From NCBI GenBank assembly GCA_000989765.1, contig LBOW01000002.1, forward strand, positions 6,843 to 70,842: a stretch of 64,000 nucleotides of DNA, in the 5' to 3' direction. Position 1 is the first letter of the stretch. The number at the start of each line of letters is the position of its first letter. The notes beneath the pieces are model-generated. The model did not search any database, was not told where the DNA came from, and was given only the letters and a program-made list of their open reading frames with translations. This DNA is from Candidatus Woesebacteria bacterium GW2011_GWB1_33_22 (GTDB lineage Bacteria; Patescibacteriota; Microgenomatia; UBA8517). Both the position numbers and the translations under genes were made by a program. Positions 8,474 through 17,916 of the stretch are shown here, piece by piece.

Positions 8474-8516
8474 ACTAAATAAAATATATGCCGAAGAAAA
8501 CCAAAAGTCAAGAAGA

Positions 8517-8789
8517 TTAATTTATTGAAATAATTTGATCAGGAATTTCAGATTTAATGATATTGGCGATTTCTAGTCCTTCATCTTTTGCAATAATATC
8601 TGCCTTTTCTCCATGTAAATGTTTAATAATTAAATTTGCTTTTTCATTAGCGTCAAACTTTTTTGTATCATCTGTCCAATGTGCCCAATAGAAAGGTCTT
8701 ATAATTCCATCAAACTTTAAATTTTTAGCCGTCTCATCAACCCAAACTTTATTTTTAGCTGAATATCCTGGAAGTATAAGAGTTTGCAT
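8517..8789 (-). CDS. hypothetical protein, N-terminal fragment-like (MQTLILPGYSAKNK...)
   Basis: ORF only; hydrolase/flavodoxin-like N-terminus but only 90 aa. Confidence 0.35.
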   Translation of the reverse strand: MQTLILPGYSAKNKVWVDETAKNLKFDGIIRPFYWAHWTDDTKKFDANEKANLIIKHLHGEKADIIAKDEGLEIANIIKSEIPDQIISIN

Positions 8790-8812
8790 AGATATTATTA
8801 TATAATAAATTT

Positions 8813-9775
8813 ATGAAGTTAAAATTATATATAACTCTAGGATCTTTAATCTTAATCTCCCTTGGCTGGTGGGGGAGTGATATATACAAGAATTATTTAA
8901 ATAAAGAACAGATGTTGCCAGCCTGGAACAAACCTAAACCTCTGGAAAAATATACTATAGAAAATCTGTCAAAAACAAACTTTGAACCTTCAAAGATTAC
9001 TGTTGATAAAAACTTATTTAATTTTAATGTTGCTGGCAAGAAAGTTACAGGTCTGATAAATATCCCAGAAAGCGGTGGTCCATTTCCTGTAATTGTTTTA
9101 CTCAGAGGCTATGTTGATCAAAGTATCTATACAACAGGAACAGGAACAAAAAGAGTGGGGGAATTTTTATCACAAAACGGCTATATTACAATTGCTCCTG
9201 ACTTTTTAGGATATGGGGGCTCAGACATTGAGTCATCAAATATCTTCGAGGCTAGATTTCAAACCTACACAACTACGTTAACATTATTAAAATCTATAAA
9301 CAAAGAAAATTTCCCAGATTGGGATCAGAAGAATATCTTTATCTGGGCACACAGCAATGGAGGCCAAATTGCACTAACTATACTTGAAATTACTGGTGAA
9401 AAATACCCTACAGTTCTTTGGGCGCCTGTTACTGAAAACTTTCCCTATTCTGTACTTTTTTACACTAACGAATCAGACGATCACGGCAAATACATTAGAC
9501 GTGAATTATCCAAATTTGAATCAAATTATGATGTAGAAAAATATTCTCTGACCAATTACCTTGATAGGGTTAATGCTCCGATTGAATACCACTATGGTAC
9601 AAACGATGATGCTATACCCTCCGAATGGAGGGATAAATTTGTTAATCAAATGAAGAGTTTAGAAAAAGACTTTACAAACTACAATCACTCCGGCGCTGAT
9701 CATAATCTGAACCCGCTTTGGAGTGATGTAATCAAAAAAACTTTAGATTTTTTTACAGCAAAGCTGCAAGTTTAA
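8813..9775 (+). CDS. secreted alpha/beta-hydrolase (dienelactone hydrolase / S9-like)
   Basis: Signal/TM N-terminus; IVLLRGYVD..., nucleophile elbow AHSNGG, C-terminal D/H residues. Confidence 0.65.
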   Translation: MKLKLYITLGSLILISLGWWGSDIYKNYLNKEQMLPAWNKPKPLEKYTIENLSKTNFEPSKITVDKNLFNFNVAGKKVTGLINIPESGGPFPVIVLLRGYVDQSIYTTGTGTKRVGEFLSQNGYITIAPDFLGYGGSDIESSNIFEARFQTYTTTLTLLKSINKENFPDWDQKNIFIWAHSNGGQIALTILEITGEKYPTVLWAPVTENFPYSVLFYTNESDDHGKYIRRELSKFESNYDVEKYSLTNYLDRVNAPIEYHYGTNDDAIPSEWRDKFVNQMKSLEKDFTNYNHSGADHNLNPLWSDVIKKTLDFFTAKLQV

Positions 9776-9776
9776 C

Positions 9777-10028
9777 TTATCGGTTTTCTTGAGGTTTAGC
9801 CATGTTGACATTCATTGCACGACCTTTCAAGTCTTTTCCGTTAGCTTCTAATGCTTTTTGAGCCATTTCTTCAGTTTCCATTTCAACGAAACCAAATCCT
9901 CTTGACCTGTTGGTCATTCGATCCATTATAACAACGGCGTCGATGACTGTACCAAAAGTTGAGAAAAATGTTCTCAAATCATCACCTGTAGATTCCCACG
10001 AAAGATTTCCTACGAATAATTTTTTCAT
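9777..10028 (-). CDS. RRM-type RNA-binding protein
   Basis: RNP-2 LFVGNL and RNP-1 RGFGFVEM motifs; 83 aa. Confidence 0.9.
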   Translation of the reverse strand: MKKLFVGNLSWESTGDDLRTFFSTFGTVIDAVVIMDRMTNRSRGFGFVEMETEEMAQKALEANGKDLKGRAMNVNMAKPQENR

Positions 10029-10304
10029 ATTTTAATTAATTTCTCACCTTCTCTCCTTGGGGCCTAACCTTGGGGACTAAATATAATCTAACCTTACGGA
10101 CGGCACTAAAAAGTATTATACTATAGATATTATGAAAAAGATACAAGGGGAGAAAAAGATTAATCCTTTGCCTTCTGGAGTCAGATTTTCTATCTTTGAT
10201 AAATCAAAAAACAAAAATAATTTTTTGAAAAGCGATGTCTCTGGACCCCACAATCAAGTAAAGGGTGATTCTCCTCAATTTAGAATAAATCAACACAAAG
10301 GCGC

Positions 10305-11093
10305 ATGAAAAACATAACTTCCAGTTTTCAAAAAAAAGAAGCAGGGAATATTGAAATTATATATACAATTCCAGTTAATTTAATTATTCAAACAAAAACA
10401 ACTGTAGTTTCAGAAATGGCCAAAGATATGACCTTGCCAGGTTTTAGAAAAGGTATGGCTCCACTTTCTAAAGTTGAATCATCAATCTCTATTGACAAAT
10501 TAAATGAACACATATTAAGTCATTTGTTACCAAAAGCATTTGCAGAAAGCGTCAAGGAACATAAATTTAATCCTGCAATTTATCCTAAATTTGAAGCCAT
10601 GAAGATAGGACAGGGTTCAGACTGGGAAATTAAAGCTATAACTTGTGAGTTGCCAAAAGTAGTATTGGGAAATTACAAAAAAAACATAAAATCAAAAACT
10701 ACCGATGAATTAATTAAAGAACTTCCTGAAGTTATTAAGTTAGAAATTCCAAAGTTATTAGTTGATGAAGAAGTCAATGAAAGACTTTCCCAATTACTAG
10801 CAAGAATTGAAAAACTTGGATTACAGTTGGAAGGATATCTTCGATCAGTTGGTAAAACTGTTGAAACATTGCGAGAAGAATATCAAAAGCAATCTAAAGA
10901 TGCAATTTCCTTAGAACTTATATTAAATGAAGTTGCAAACGATGAAAAAGTGGAGGTTTCTGAAACAGAAATTGAAGATTTTGTCAAAACTACAGGGTCA
11001 GAGATTTCCAAAATTAATGACGATCAAAAGAAAATGCTTCAAAGAGTAGTCATGAGAAGAAAAGCATTGGAAAAATTGACAAAGAAGGTGTAA
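10305..11093 (+). CDS. tig: trigger factor, short form lacking PPIase domain
   Basis: N-terminal ribosome-binding signature LPGFRKGMAP (GFRxGxxP), 262 aa. Confidence 0.75.
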   Translation: MKNITSSFQKKEAGNIEIIYTIPVNLIIQTKTTVVSEMAKDMTLPGFRKGMAPLSKVESSISIDKLNEHILSHLLPKAFAESVKEHKFNPAIYPKFEAMKIGQGSDWEIKAITCELPKVVLGNYKKNIKSKTTDELIKELPEVIKLEIPKLLVDEEVNERLSQLLARIEKLGLQLEGYLRSVGKTVETLREEYQKQSKDAISLELILNEVANDEKVEVSETEIEDFVKTTGSEISKINDDQKKMLQRVVMRRKALEKLTKKV

Positions 11094-11102
11094 AATGGGC
11101 GC

Positions 11103-11711
11103 ATGACAAATAATAACACTCAAAAAAGTAAAAAAAATAAATTAGTAGAAACTAAAAACGTATTCGAGACGCTTAAATATGAAGCAAAAGTTACTACTGA
11201 TGAATTTTTTAAACAACTTTTAGGTCAACAACAGGTTTTAAATCAAAAAAGAGCAGGAGAACTTTCTGTTGGACAATCTGTCGAAATAAATGAGGTTTTA
11301 AACGGCAAAGAAGAACAAAGAAAAAAGTATGAGGAGCAGATATTTTTTGAGAGAAGATTGTTTAGTGAAGAAAAACAAGAAACAAATAATAGGATTCAAG
11401 AACTTAGAATGCGACTTCAAGTTATTCAAGCAGAAGCAGTTAAAATGGTTAACTCTACTCAAAAGTTGACTGAGGGGATTAAAATTGCTGTTTTACAAGG
11501 AACTGTTGATGCTTCAGAATATCAAATTAATTTCTTTGAAAATATTATTAAAATGATTGCCAATTTTAGAAAAAAGATTGATAGTGCAGTTACTTGGCTT
11601 CAAGGATCAAACACAAGGGCTCAAAAGAAAAATTTCTGGAGTCAATACAAGAAAAAGGGTGCAAGTTTTCTTCTTTCAGGAGAGTCTTACTCGCAAAGAT
11701 CTGCAGGATAA
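11103..11711 (+). CDS. hypothetical coiled-coil protein
   Basis: ORF with charged heptad-like repeats; no motif recognised. Confidence 0.5.
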   Translation: MTNNNTQKSKKNKLVETKNVFETLKYEAKVTTDEFFKQLLGQQQVLNQKRAGELSVGQSVEINEVLNGKEEQRKKYEEQIFFERRLFSEEKQETNNRIQELRMRLQVIQAEAVKMVNSTQKLTEGIKIAVLQGTVDASEYQINFFENIIKMIANFRKKIDSAVTWLQGSNTRAQKKNFWSQYKKKGASFLLSGESYSQRSAG

Positions 11712-12067
11712 AGTATAGTTAATTAATGAACAATTTAAGTATTGTTCTACCACGATTGTTTTCTGATTTATTGATTAATTTATCAGCATGATTTTTAGGA
11801 GCCGCAATTATAATCCCAGTTCAAGCGTCCAAAACCGGCAGATTTCGGGCCATCATCTTTGTCGCTAATATTGGTCTCTCTTGTATACTGTTTGCAAGTG
11901 CTGTTATACTAAACATATGACAAAAGACTTAAAAAAGCAGGTTGAATTAGTTGATTTGAATCTAAAAGTTATTATAGCTTTCGGAGTATTAATCATTGCT
12001 TCAGTTTTAATATATTTAGCCTTCTTCAAATAAACTCGTTTTTAGTGTAAAATACATATTAGTTTAT

Positions 12068-12141
12068 GGACCCTTAGCTCAATTGGCTAGAGCGTCTCAT
12101 TGACGTTGAGAAGGTTCCGAGTCCGAGTCTCGGGGGGTTCA
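12068..12141 (+). tRNA. tRNA-Val(GAC)
   Basis: GGACCCTTAGCTCAATTGGCTAGAGCGTCTCATTGACGTTGAGAAGGTTCCGAGTCCGAGTCTCGGGGGGTTCA; anticodon loop TTGACGT. Confidence 0.85.
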
Positions 12142-12155
12142 CAAAATATTTAATA

Positions 12156-12226
12156 GGGCCTGTAGTGCAGCGGTAACACGCGCCCATGGCATGGGTGAAG
12201 TGCGGGTCCGACTCCCGCCAGGTCCA
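12156..12226 (+). tRNA. tRNA-Ala(GGC)
   Basis: GGGCCTGTAGTGCAGCGGTAACACGCGCCCATGGCATGGGTGAAGTGCGGGTCCGACTCCCGCCAGGTCCA; G3-U70 wobble pair in acceptor; anticodon loop ATGGCAT. Confidence 0.8.
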
Positions 12227-12245
12227 CCGACCTTCACTAAAGTTT

Positions 12246-12256
12246 CGGCAGGCAGG
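12246..12256. repeat. half-copy of GC-rich palindromic element (cggcaggcagg)
   Basis: Matches right arm of CCTGCCTGCCGGCAGGCAGG; lies in leader between tRNA-Ala and GIY-YIG gene. Confidence 0.5.
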
Positions 12257-12314
12257 CCATTACAAATTGTAGGTCGTCCTCCGTAGCCTCGGCGAAGGAG
12301 GAACTAAACAAAAT

Positions 12315-12551
12315 ATGTACTATGTATATTTACTTAAACTGAATAATCAAAAGATATATGTTGGATTTACTACAAATTTAGAACAAAGATTTAAAGAACA
12401 TATTTCTAGAAAAAGTCCGTACACGAAAAAATATTTACCTATAAAGTTAGTTTCTTACTTTTCCTTCAATAATAAGAAAACAGCATTAAAATTTGAAAAG
12501 TATCTCAAATCTGGATCTGGAATTGCTTTCAGAAATAAACATTTGGTTTAA
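12315..12551 (+). CDS. GIY-YIG nuclease superfamily protein (UPF0213-like)
   Basis: YYVYLLKLNNQKIYVGFTTNLEQRFKEH = GIY-(x10)-YIG/YVG core with Arg and Glu. Confidence 0.85.
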   Translation: MYYVYLLKLNNQKIYVGFTTNLEQRFKEHISRKSPYTKKYLPIKLVSYFSFNNKKTALKFEKYLKSGSGIAFRNKHLV

Positions 12552-12622
12552 ATCTGCTATAATACATACTCCACCGCCAAATGGCATAAGCAGGCGGTAT
12601 TTTTACGGCAAAAGAACGAATC

Positions 12623-14452
12623 ATGAATATCAGAAACGTTGCAATTATTGCCCATGTTGACCATGGAAAAACCACTTTAGTGGATGCTCTTTTGCGCCAA
12701 TCACATACTGAAATGGGTAAAAGTGATGCAGGACAAGAAGCTATTTTGGATTCAAACGAACTTGAACGAGAACGAGGAATTACAATTTTTTCCAAAAATG
12801 CTTCAGTAATGTACAAAGACACTAAAATAAACATCATCGATACTCCAGGACATGCAGACTTTGGTGGAGAAGTTGAACGTGTTCTTTCTATGGCAGACGG
12901 TGCCTTACTTTTAGTTGATGCTAAAGAAGGACCAATGCCACAAACCAGATTCGTCCTTCGCCATGCACTCAAAATGGGTTTAAAAATAATTGTTGTTGTA
13001 AATAAAATTGATAAAAAGGGAGTTCGTTCTGAGTGGGTTCAGGGAAAAACCTTTGACCTTTTTGTTGAACTAGGTGCTGATGAATCAACCGCATTTTTTC
13101 CAACAATTTATGCCAGCGGGAGAGATGGAGTAGCAGGTTATGAACCAGACCTTGTTAAAATGAAAGATATTACACCTATTTTTGAAGAAATTATTAAATA
13201 CATTCCCGCACCCTCAGGAGATCCTGAAAAACCACTTCAAATGCTTGTCAGTAACATTGGTAAAGATAATTACAAGGGAAGAATTGCTATTGGAAAAATA
13301 AAAAATGGGAAAATATTACTAACAGAAGATGTAATTCATATTAATAGAGAGGGAGTACAAAAAAGAGCAAAATTAACTTCAATTTTTACTTTTAAAGGTT
13401 TAACAAAACAAGAAGAAAAAGAAGCCTTTGCTGGTGATATTGTTTCTGTTACTGGAATTTCTGACGTAACAATTGGAGAAACAATTGCTAGTTTAGAAAA
13501 TCCAATAGCTCTTCCTTTAATTTCAATTGAGGAGCCAACAGTTAAAATGGTCTTTTTAGTTAACGACTCCCCATTTGGTGGACATGAAGGAGATTTTAAA
13601 ACAAGTAGTCAAATCCGAGCGCGACTCTATAAAGAACTTGAAACTGACGTTGCTTTAAAAGTTGAAGATAACTCAGACGGGACCTGGACTGTATCAGGTA
13701 GAGGAGAATTACACTTAGCAATTTTGATTGAAAGAATGAGAAGAGAAGGATATGAATTTTCAGTTTCAAGACCTCATGTTATCAATAAAACAATTGACGG
13801 CAAAATTCATACTCCGTATGAAAAAGTATATATTGATGTACCAGAAGAGTTTTCAGGGGTAGTTATTCAACATATGGGAATTAGACACGGCAAGATGGAT
13901 GATATGAGTATTAATGAGAATAGCCTGCCTGCCGGCAGGCAGGTTTCTTTGGAATTTACAGTATCTACAAAAGAACTTATAGGTTTCAGGGGTGAACTTA
14001 TTACAGATACCAAGGGAATGGGAATAATTAATACTGCTTTTTTTGACTATTTACCAGATGATGGCTTTGAAAGGGAAAGGGATAGGGGCTCAATGATAGC
14101 TTACGAAACAGGGGAAACAAGGTTATATGGTTTAGTTAATGTTCAAGATCAAGGTCAACTTTTTGTAAGCCCTGCAGTTAAAGTCTATAAAGGCCAGGTT
14201 GTAGGACAAAATTCAAGAAGTGGCGATATGGTAGTTAATGTTTGTAAAGAAAAACAATTAAGTAATATGAGAAGTAAAGGTGATGGATCAGCAGAACACT
14301 TTAATACACCTAAAGTTATGGGCTTAGATGATGCTTTGGAATATATTGATGACACAGAACTTGTAGAAGTAACTCCAAAATCAATTAGGATCAGAAAAGT
14401 AATCTTAGATGAAGTTGAAGCCCGTCGCAAAAAATCAATGGGGATTAAATAA
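12623..14452 (+). CDS. typA: translational GTPase TypA/BipA (contains in-frame palindromic-element insertion at 13924-13943)
   Basis: AIIAHVDHGKTTLVDALL G1 motif, DTPGHADF, NKIDK; 609 aa. Confidence 0.95.
   Translation: MNIRNVAIIAHVDHGKTTLVDALLRQSHTEMGKSDAGQEAILDSNELERERGITIFSKNASVMYKDTKINIIDTPGHADFGGEVERVLSMADGALLLVDAKEGPMPQTRFVLRHALKMGLKIIVVVNKIDKKGVRSEWVQGKTFDLFVELGADESTAFFPTIYASGRDGVAGYEPDLVKMKDITPIFEEIIKYIPAPSGDPEKPLQMLVSNIGKDNYKGRIAIGKIKNGKILLTEDVIHINREGVQKRAKLTSIFTFKGLTKQEEKEAFAGDIVSVTGISDVTIGETIASLENPIALPLISIEEPTVKMVFLVNDSPFGGHEGDFKTSSQIRARLYKELETDVALKVEDNSDGTWTVSGRGELHLAILIERMRREGYEFSVSRPHVINKTIDGKIHTPYEKVYIDVPEEFSGVVIQHMGIRHGKMDDMSINENSLPAGRQVSLEFTVSTKELIGFRGELITDTKGMGIINTAFFDYLPDDGFERERDRGSMIAYETGETRLYGLVNVQDQGQLFVSPAVKVYKGQVVGQNSRSGDMVVNVCKEKQLSNMRSKGDGSAEHFNTPKVMGLDDALEYIDDTELVEVTPKSIRIRKVILDEVEARRKKSMGIK
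13924..13943. repeat. GC-rich 20-bp perfect palindrome CCTGCCTGCCGGCAGGCAGG, in frame in typA (codes LPAGRQ)
   Basis: Perfect self-complementary 20-mer, ~75% GC in ~33% GC context. Confidence 0.9.
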
Positions 14453-14492
14453 CACCCTAATACGGACACCCTGTTGTTTCAGCCTTCAATAG

Positions 14493-14527
14493 CAAGGACC
14501 AACCCTGTGATTCAACCCTGTGATTCA
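14493..14527. repeat. REP-like palindromic doublet (caaggaccaaccctgtgattc aaccctgtgattca)
   Basis: Same architecture as repeats flanking RAYT gene at 59974-60050 (CAAGGACCAACCTTGTGATTAA + CTTGTGATTAA). Confidence 0.6.
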
Positions 14528-14844
14528 TTTGTATCTTTACAAAAATTCAAATAGTAGATATAATACTTTTATCAATTATTAAACGTTATTATTTGGAACT
14601 TACCAATTCAAAGAGTTTAAAATTTGAGAAAAGAGATCTGTCAACTGACGGAAAAGAAGTGGAACCACGGATAATTACCGTCTTCTTATATAAATTAAGA
14701 GGCGGTTTTTTTATGGAAATATTTAACAAAATAGTAACAACTACACATTCCCATTTAATTGGGAAGTGTGTTAATGGTTACAAAATCACTCTTTAACTTT
14801 TAAGACACCTCTCAATTAGAGAGGTTAGTTAGGAGGTGATTAAT

Positions 14845-15006
14845 TTGAACGAAAGACAAAGAGATGCCATAAGAAGGTTCGGAAGTAATCCTTCTTTAGA
14901 TCCCTTAGCTGAGGAAAGATTCAAAAAAGAATTCTACAATGCCAAGGGGCCTCAAAAAAAAGAGGAAAAACCTAAAGAAGAAGAGTCGAAAGATAAACCT
15001 TCTTAA
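14845..15006 (+). CDS. small Lys/Glu-rich hypothetical protein, TTG start
   Basis: Strong SD AGGAGGTGA 7 nt upstream of TTG; 53 codons; not in ORF track (below size cut-off). Confidence 0.3.
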   Translation: MNERQRDAIRRFGSNPSLDPLAEERFKKEFYNAKGPQKKEEKPKEEESKDKPS

Positions 15007-15014
15007 TATTGTTA

Positions 15015-15038
15015 GCCTAGCGGATGCATACGCTAGGC
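15015..15038. repeat. near-perfect 24-bp palindrome GCCTAGCGgatgcataCGCTAGGC (hairpin without U-tract)
   Basis: 8-bp perfect stem with ATGCAT-containing centre; between small ORF and thrS. Confidence 0.4.
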
Positions 15039-15068
15039 AAAACAAAAAATAATTCGTTATAATAAATT

Positions 15069-16850
15069 ATGTCAAAAGTATTAGAAGAGAAAATAAATAA
15101 ATTATCCAAAGAGAAACAGAATCTTTGGGCCTTAAGGCATACTGCAGAGCATGTCCTTCATACAGCATTGCAAAATCTTTATCCTAAACTTAAAAAAGCG
15201 ATGGGCCCAGCAACTTCTGAAGGTTTTTATCACGATTTTGACTTAGATGAAAAAATAACTGAGGCAGATTTTTCTAAGATTGAAAAAGAGATGCAAAGAT
15301 TAATTGGTTTAGATTTACCTTTAATACAAGAGTTTGTTGATGTTAATAAGGCAAAAGAAATATTTAAAGAAAATCCCTATAAACTTGATTGGATTAATGA
15401 AATAGAAAAACGAAAAGAAAAATTTTCTGTTTACAAAATGGATGATATAGATTTAGATCTTTGTAGTGGGCCTCATGTTGCTTCAACAGGAAAAATTAAA
15501 GCTTTTAAACTTTTATCAGTTGCAGGTGCCTACTGGCATGGTGATGAAAAAAATAAAATGCTAACGAGGATTTACGGTACTTGTTTTTCCACAAAGGAAG
15601 AACTTGATAAATATCTTGAAAATTTAGAGCTTGCCAAAAAATATGACCATAGAAAGTTAGGTCAGGAATTAGGATTATTTACTATTTCAGATCAAGTTGG
15701 GCCGGGCCTTGTTTTGTGGATGCCTAATGGAAATATTGTTAAAGAGCAAATTGAATCTTGGGCTAAAAAAACAGAGGAAGAATGGGGCTATAAAAGAGTA
15801 ACTACTCCAAGTATCACAAAATCGGGTCTTTTTCACACTTCTGGTCATTTACCTTATTACAAGGACGACATGTACCCACCAATGAAGCTTGATGATAGCG
15901 ATGACGAATATTTTTTAAAACCTATGAATTGCCCACATCACCACATGATATATAGCGCCCAACAGCATAGTTATAGAGATTTACCTTTAAGACTTGCAGA
16001 ATATGGAAATTGTTATCGTTACGAATCATCTGGTGAACTATTTGGACTTATGAGGGTTAGAGGATTTGCACAAAATGATGCACATATTTATTGCGCAGAA
16101 GAACAAGCGGTTGAAGAATTTGTAAAAGTTATGAAACTTCATGAATATTATTACAAAACCCTAGGAATCACTGATTATCATTTAGAATTAGCCTTAAGAG
16201 ATCCTAAAAATGACAAAAAATATCACGGAAACAGCGAAATGTGGAAAAAAGCGGAAAAATTGATGCGTGAAGCAGTAAAACAAGTTGATATACCAATGGT
16301 AGAGGAAATTGGAAGCGCCGCATTTTATGGCCCGAAAATCGATTTCATAATTCACTCCAAAATAGGAAGAGAGTTTGCGATATCAACAAATCAAATAGAT
16401 TTATACATGGGGGAAAGGTTTGGACTTAAATATACAAGTCAAGACGGTACTGAAAAAACCCCAATCATAATCCACAGAGCTCCTTTAGGGTCACACGAAA
16501 GGTTTATCGGATTTTTAATTGAGCATTTTGGTGGAGCGTTTCCAACCTGGCTTTCACCAGTGCAGGTTAAAATTTTGCCTATTTCTGAAAAACATTTGGG
16601 CTACGCAAAGTCTATAGCTAATAGTCTACAGTCTACAGCCATTAGAACAGAACTGGACGAGAGAAGCGAGACACTGGGTGCTAAAATTAGAGATGCTCAA
16701 AACGAGAAGGTTCCATATATGATAGTGATAGGTGATAGGGAACAAGAAACAGATAATATTTCTGTCAGAACAAGAGATGGAAAAAACTCCACTATGAAAT
16801 TAGAAGAGTTTACTGCTATAATAAAATCTGAAATTGAAAACTACCAATAA
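15069..16850 (+). CDS. thrS: threonine-tRNA ligase
   Basis: TAEHVLHTAL editing-domain HxxxH, class II core motifs, C-terminal anticodon-binding domain; 593 aa. Confidence 0.95.
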   Translation: MSKVLEEKINKLSKEKQNLWALRHTAEHVLHTALQNLYPKLKKAMGPATSEGFYHDFDLDEKITEADFSKIEKEMQRLIGLDLPLIQEFVDVNKAKEIFKENPYKLDWINEIEKRKEKFSVYKMDDIDLDLCSGPHVASTGKIKAFKLLSVAGAYWHGDEKNKMLTRIYGTCFSTKEELDKYLENLELAKKYDHRKLGQELGLFTISDQVGPGLVLWMPNGNIVKEQIESWAKKTEEEWGYKRVTTPSITKSGLFHTSGHLPYYKDDMYPPMKLDDSDDEYFLKPMNCPHHHMIYSAQQHSYRDLPLRLAEYGNCYRYESSGELFGLMRVRGFAQNDAHIYCAEEQAVEEFVKVMKLHEYYYKTLGITDYHLELALRDPKNDKKYHGNSEMWKKAEKLMREAVKQVDIPMVEEIGSAAFYGPKIDFIIHSKIGREFAISTNQIDLYMGERFGLKYTSQDGTEKTPIIIHRAPLGSHERFIGFLIEHFGGAFPTWLSPVQVKILPISEKHLGYAKSIANSLQSTAIRTELDERSETLGAKIRDAQNEKVPYMIVIGDREQETDNISVRTRDGKNSTMKLEEFTAIIKSEIENYQ

Positions 16851-17394
16851 TTATTGGCGCATAAACGAAAAAATTCCTGCTATTACCTTGCGAGTTTTGG
16901 ATTCTAAGGGTATGCAAATTGGAGTTATTTCAAAAAACGAGGCATTAAAGATTGCTCGCGAAAAAGGTGAAGATTTGATTGAAATAGCACCAAAAGCTAA
17001 TCCGCCAGTTGCAAAAATAATTGAATTTGGAAAGTTTAAATATCAGGAAGAAAAAAAACAGAAGGAAGCAAACAAAAAAGCAAAACCTTCTGACTTAAAA
17101 GAAATTAGGTTTACCCCATTTATTGGAGAAGGGGATTACCAAACAAGACTTAAAAGAATTGATGAATTTTTAAATGATAAGGATAAAGTAAAATTAGTAG
17201 TTTACTTTAAGTTAAAACAACTAGGTTCAAAAACCTTTGGTTATGATATAATGGATCGAATTTTGAAAAATTTGGGAGAAGGAATCAATATCGACATGAA
17301 ACCTAAGTTTTTAGGCAGAAACTTGATAATGATCATTTCTCCCACAAATATATATGGCAAACAAAAAATTAAAGATCAGACAATTAGTAACTAA
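16834..17394 (+). CDS. infC: translation initiation factor IF-3 (true start possibly non-AUG downstream of listed ATG)
   Basis: INEKIPAITLRVLDSKGMQIGVIS..., conserved IF3 N- and C-domain pattern; operon position thrS-infC-rpmI-rplT. Confidence 0.85.
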   Translation: MKTTNNYWRINEKIPAITLRVLDSKGMQIGVISKNEALKIAREKGEDLIEIAPKANPPVAKIIEFGKFKYQEEKKQKEANKKAKPSDLKEIRFTPFIGEGDYQTRLKRIDEFLNDKDKVKLVVYFKLKQLGSKTFGYDIMDRILKNLGEGINIDMKPKFLGRNLIMIISPTNIYGKQKIKDQTISN

Positions 17395-17566
17395 CAGAAT
17401 TAGGGTTACTAAAAACGGCAAGCTTTTAAGACGTCAGGCATTTAAACGGCATCTTAACGCTGGAAAAAGCAAAAAAAGACTTCGAAAGCTTTCAAAAACT
17501 GTTCTTGTAAAGGAAGTTTTTGCTAAAAAATTAAGAAAATATCTTGGAGTTAAACTAAACAAATGA
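17354..17566 (+). CDS. rpmI: 50S ribosomal protein L35
   Basis: Basic 70-aa protein KIRQLVTNRIRVTKNGKLLRRQAFKRHL; gene order. Confidence 0.85.
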   Translation: MANKKLKIRQLVTNRIRVTKNGKLLRRQAFKRHLNAGKSKKRLRKLSKTVLVKEVFAKKLRKYLGVKLNK

Positions 17567-17907
17567 CAAGAGTCAAATCAAAAGCCGCAATTAAACACAG
17601 GAAAGTTTTAAAACTTGCCAAAGGCTATCATTCTGCAAGACGTAGAAGATTTAAGCAAGCAAAAGAAGCTGTAATGCATGCTGGACAGTATGCATATATA
17701 GGAAGAAAATTAAGAAAAAGAGACTTAAGGTCCATTTGGATTGTCAGACTTTCAGCGACTGCAAAGCAATTGGGTACATCTTATTCCAAATTAATTGCAA
17801 ATCTTAAAAAAGAAAAAATAGAACTTGATAGAAAAATATTATCAGATATTGCAGTCAAATACCCAGAAGTCTTCGAAAAGATTGTTAAGCCTTTTATAAA
17901 GAAGTAA
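17563..17907 (+). CDS. rplT: 50S ribosomal protein L20
   Basis: MTRVKSKAAIKHRKVLKLAKGYHSARRR... canonical L20. Confidence 0.95.
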   Translation: MTRVKSKAAIKHRKVLKLAKGYHSARRRRFKQAKEAVMHAGQYAYIGRKLRKRDLRSIWIVRLSATAKQLGTSYSKLIANLKKEKIELDRKILSDIAVKYPEVFEKIVKPFIKK

Positions 17908-17916
17908 AATATCTTT

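Noticed and set aside
12529-12972. Antisense ORFs (12529..12972, 19094..19411, 21065..21322, 24176..24490, 25293..25736, 27705..27923, 33485..34012, 40130..41112, 58277..58522 etc.)
   Set aside because: All lie opposite strongly supported conserved genes and lack motifs; typical shadow ORFs
14593-14796. 67-aa ORF after typA
   Set aside because: No RBS or motif; overlaps the REP-like region; likely non-coding spacer
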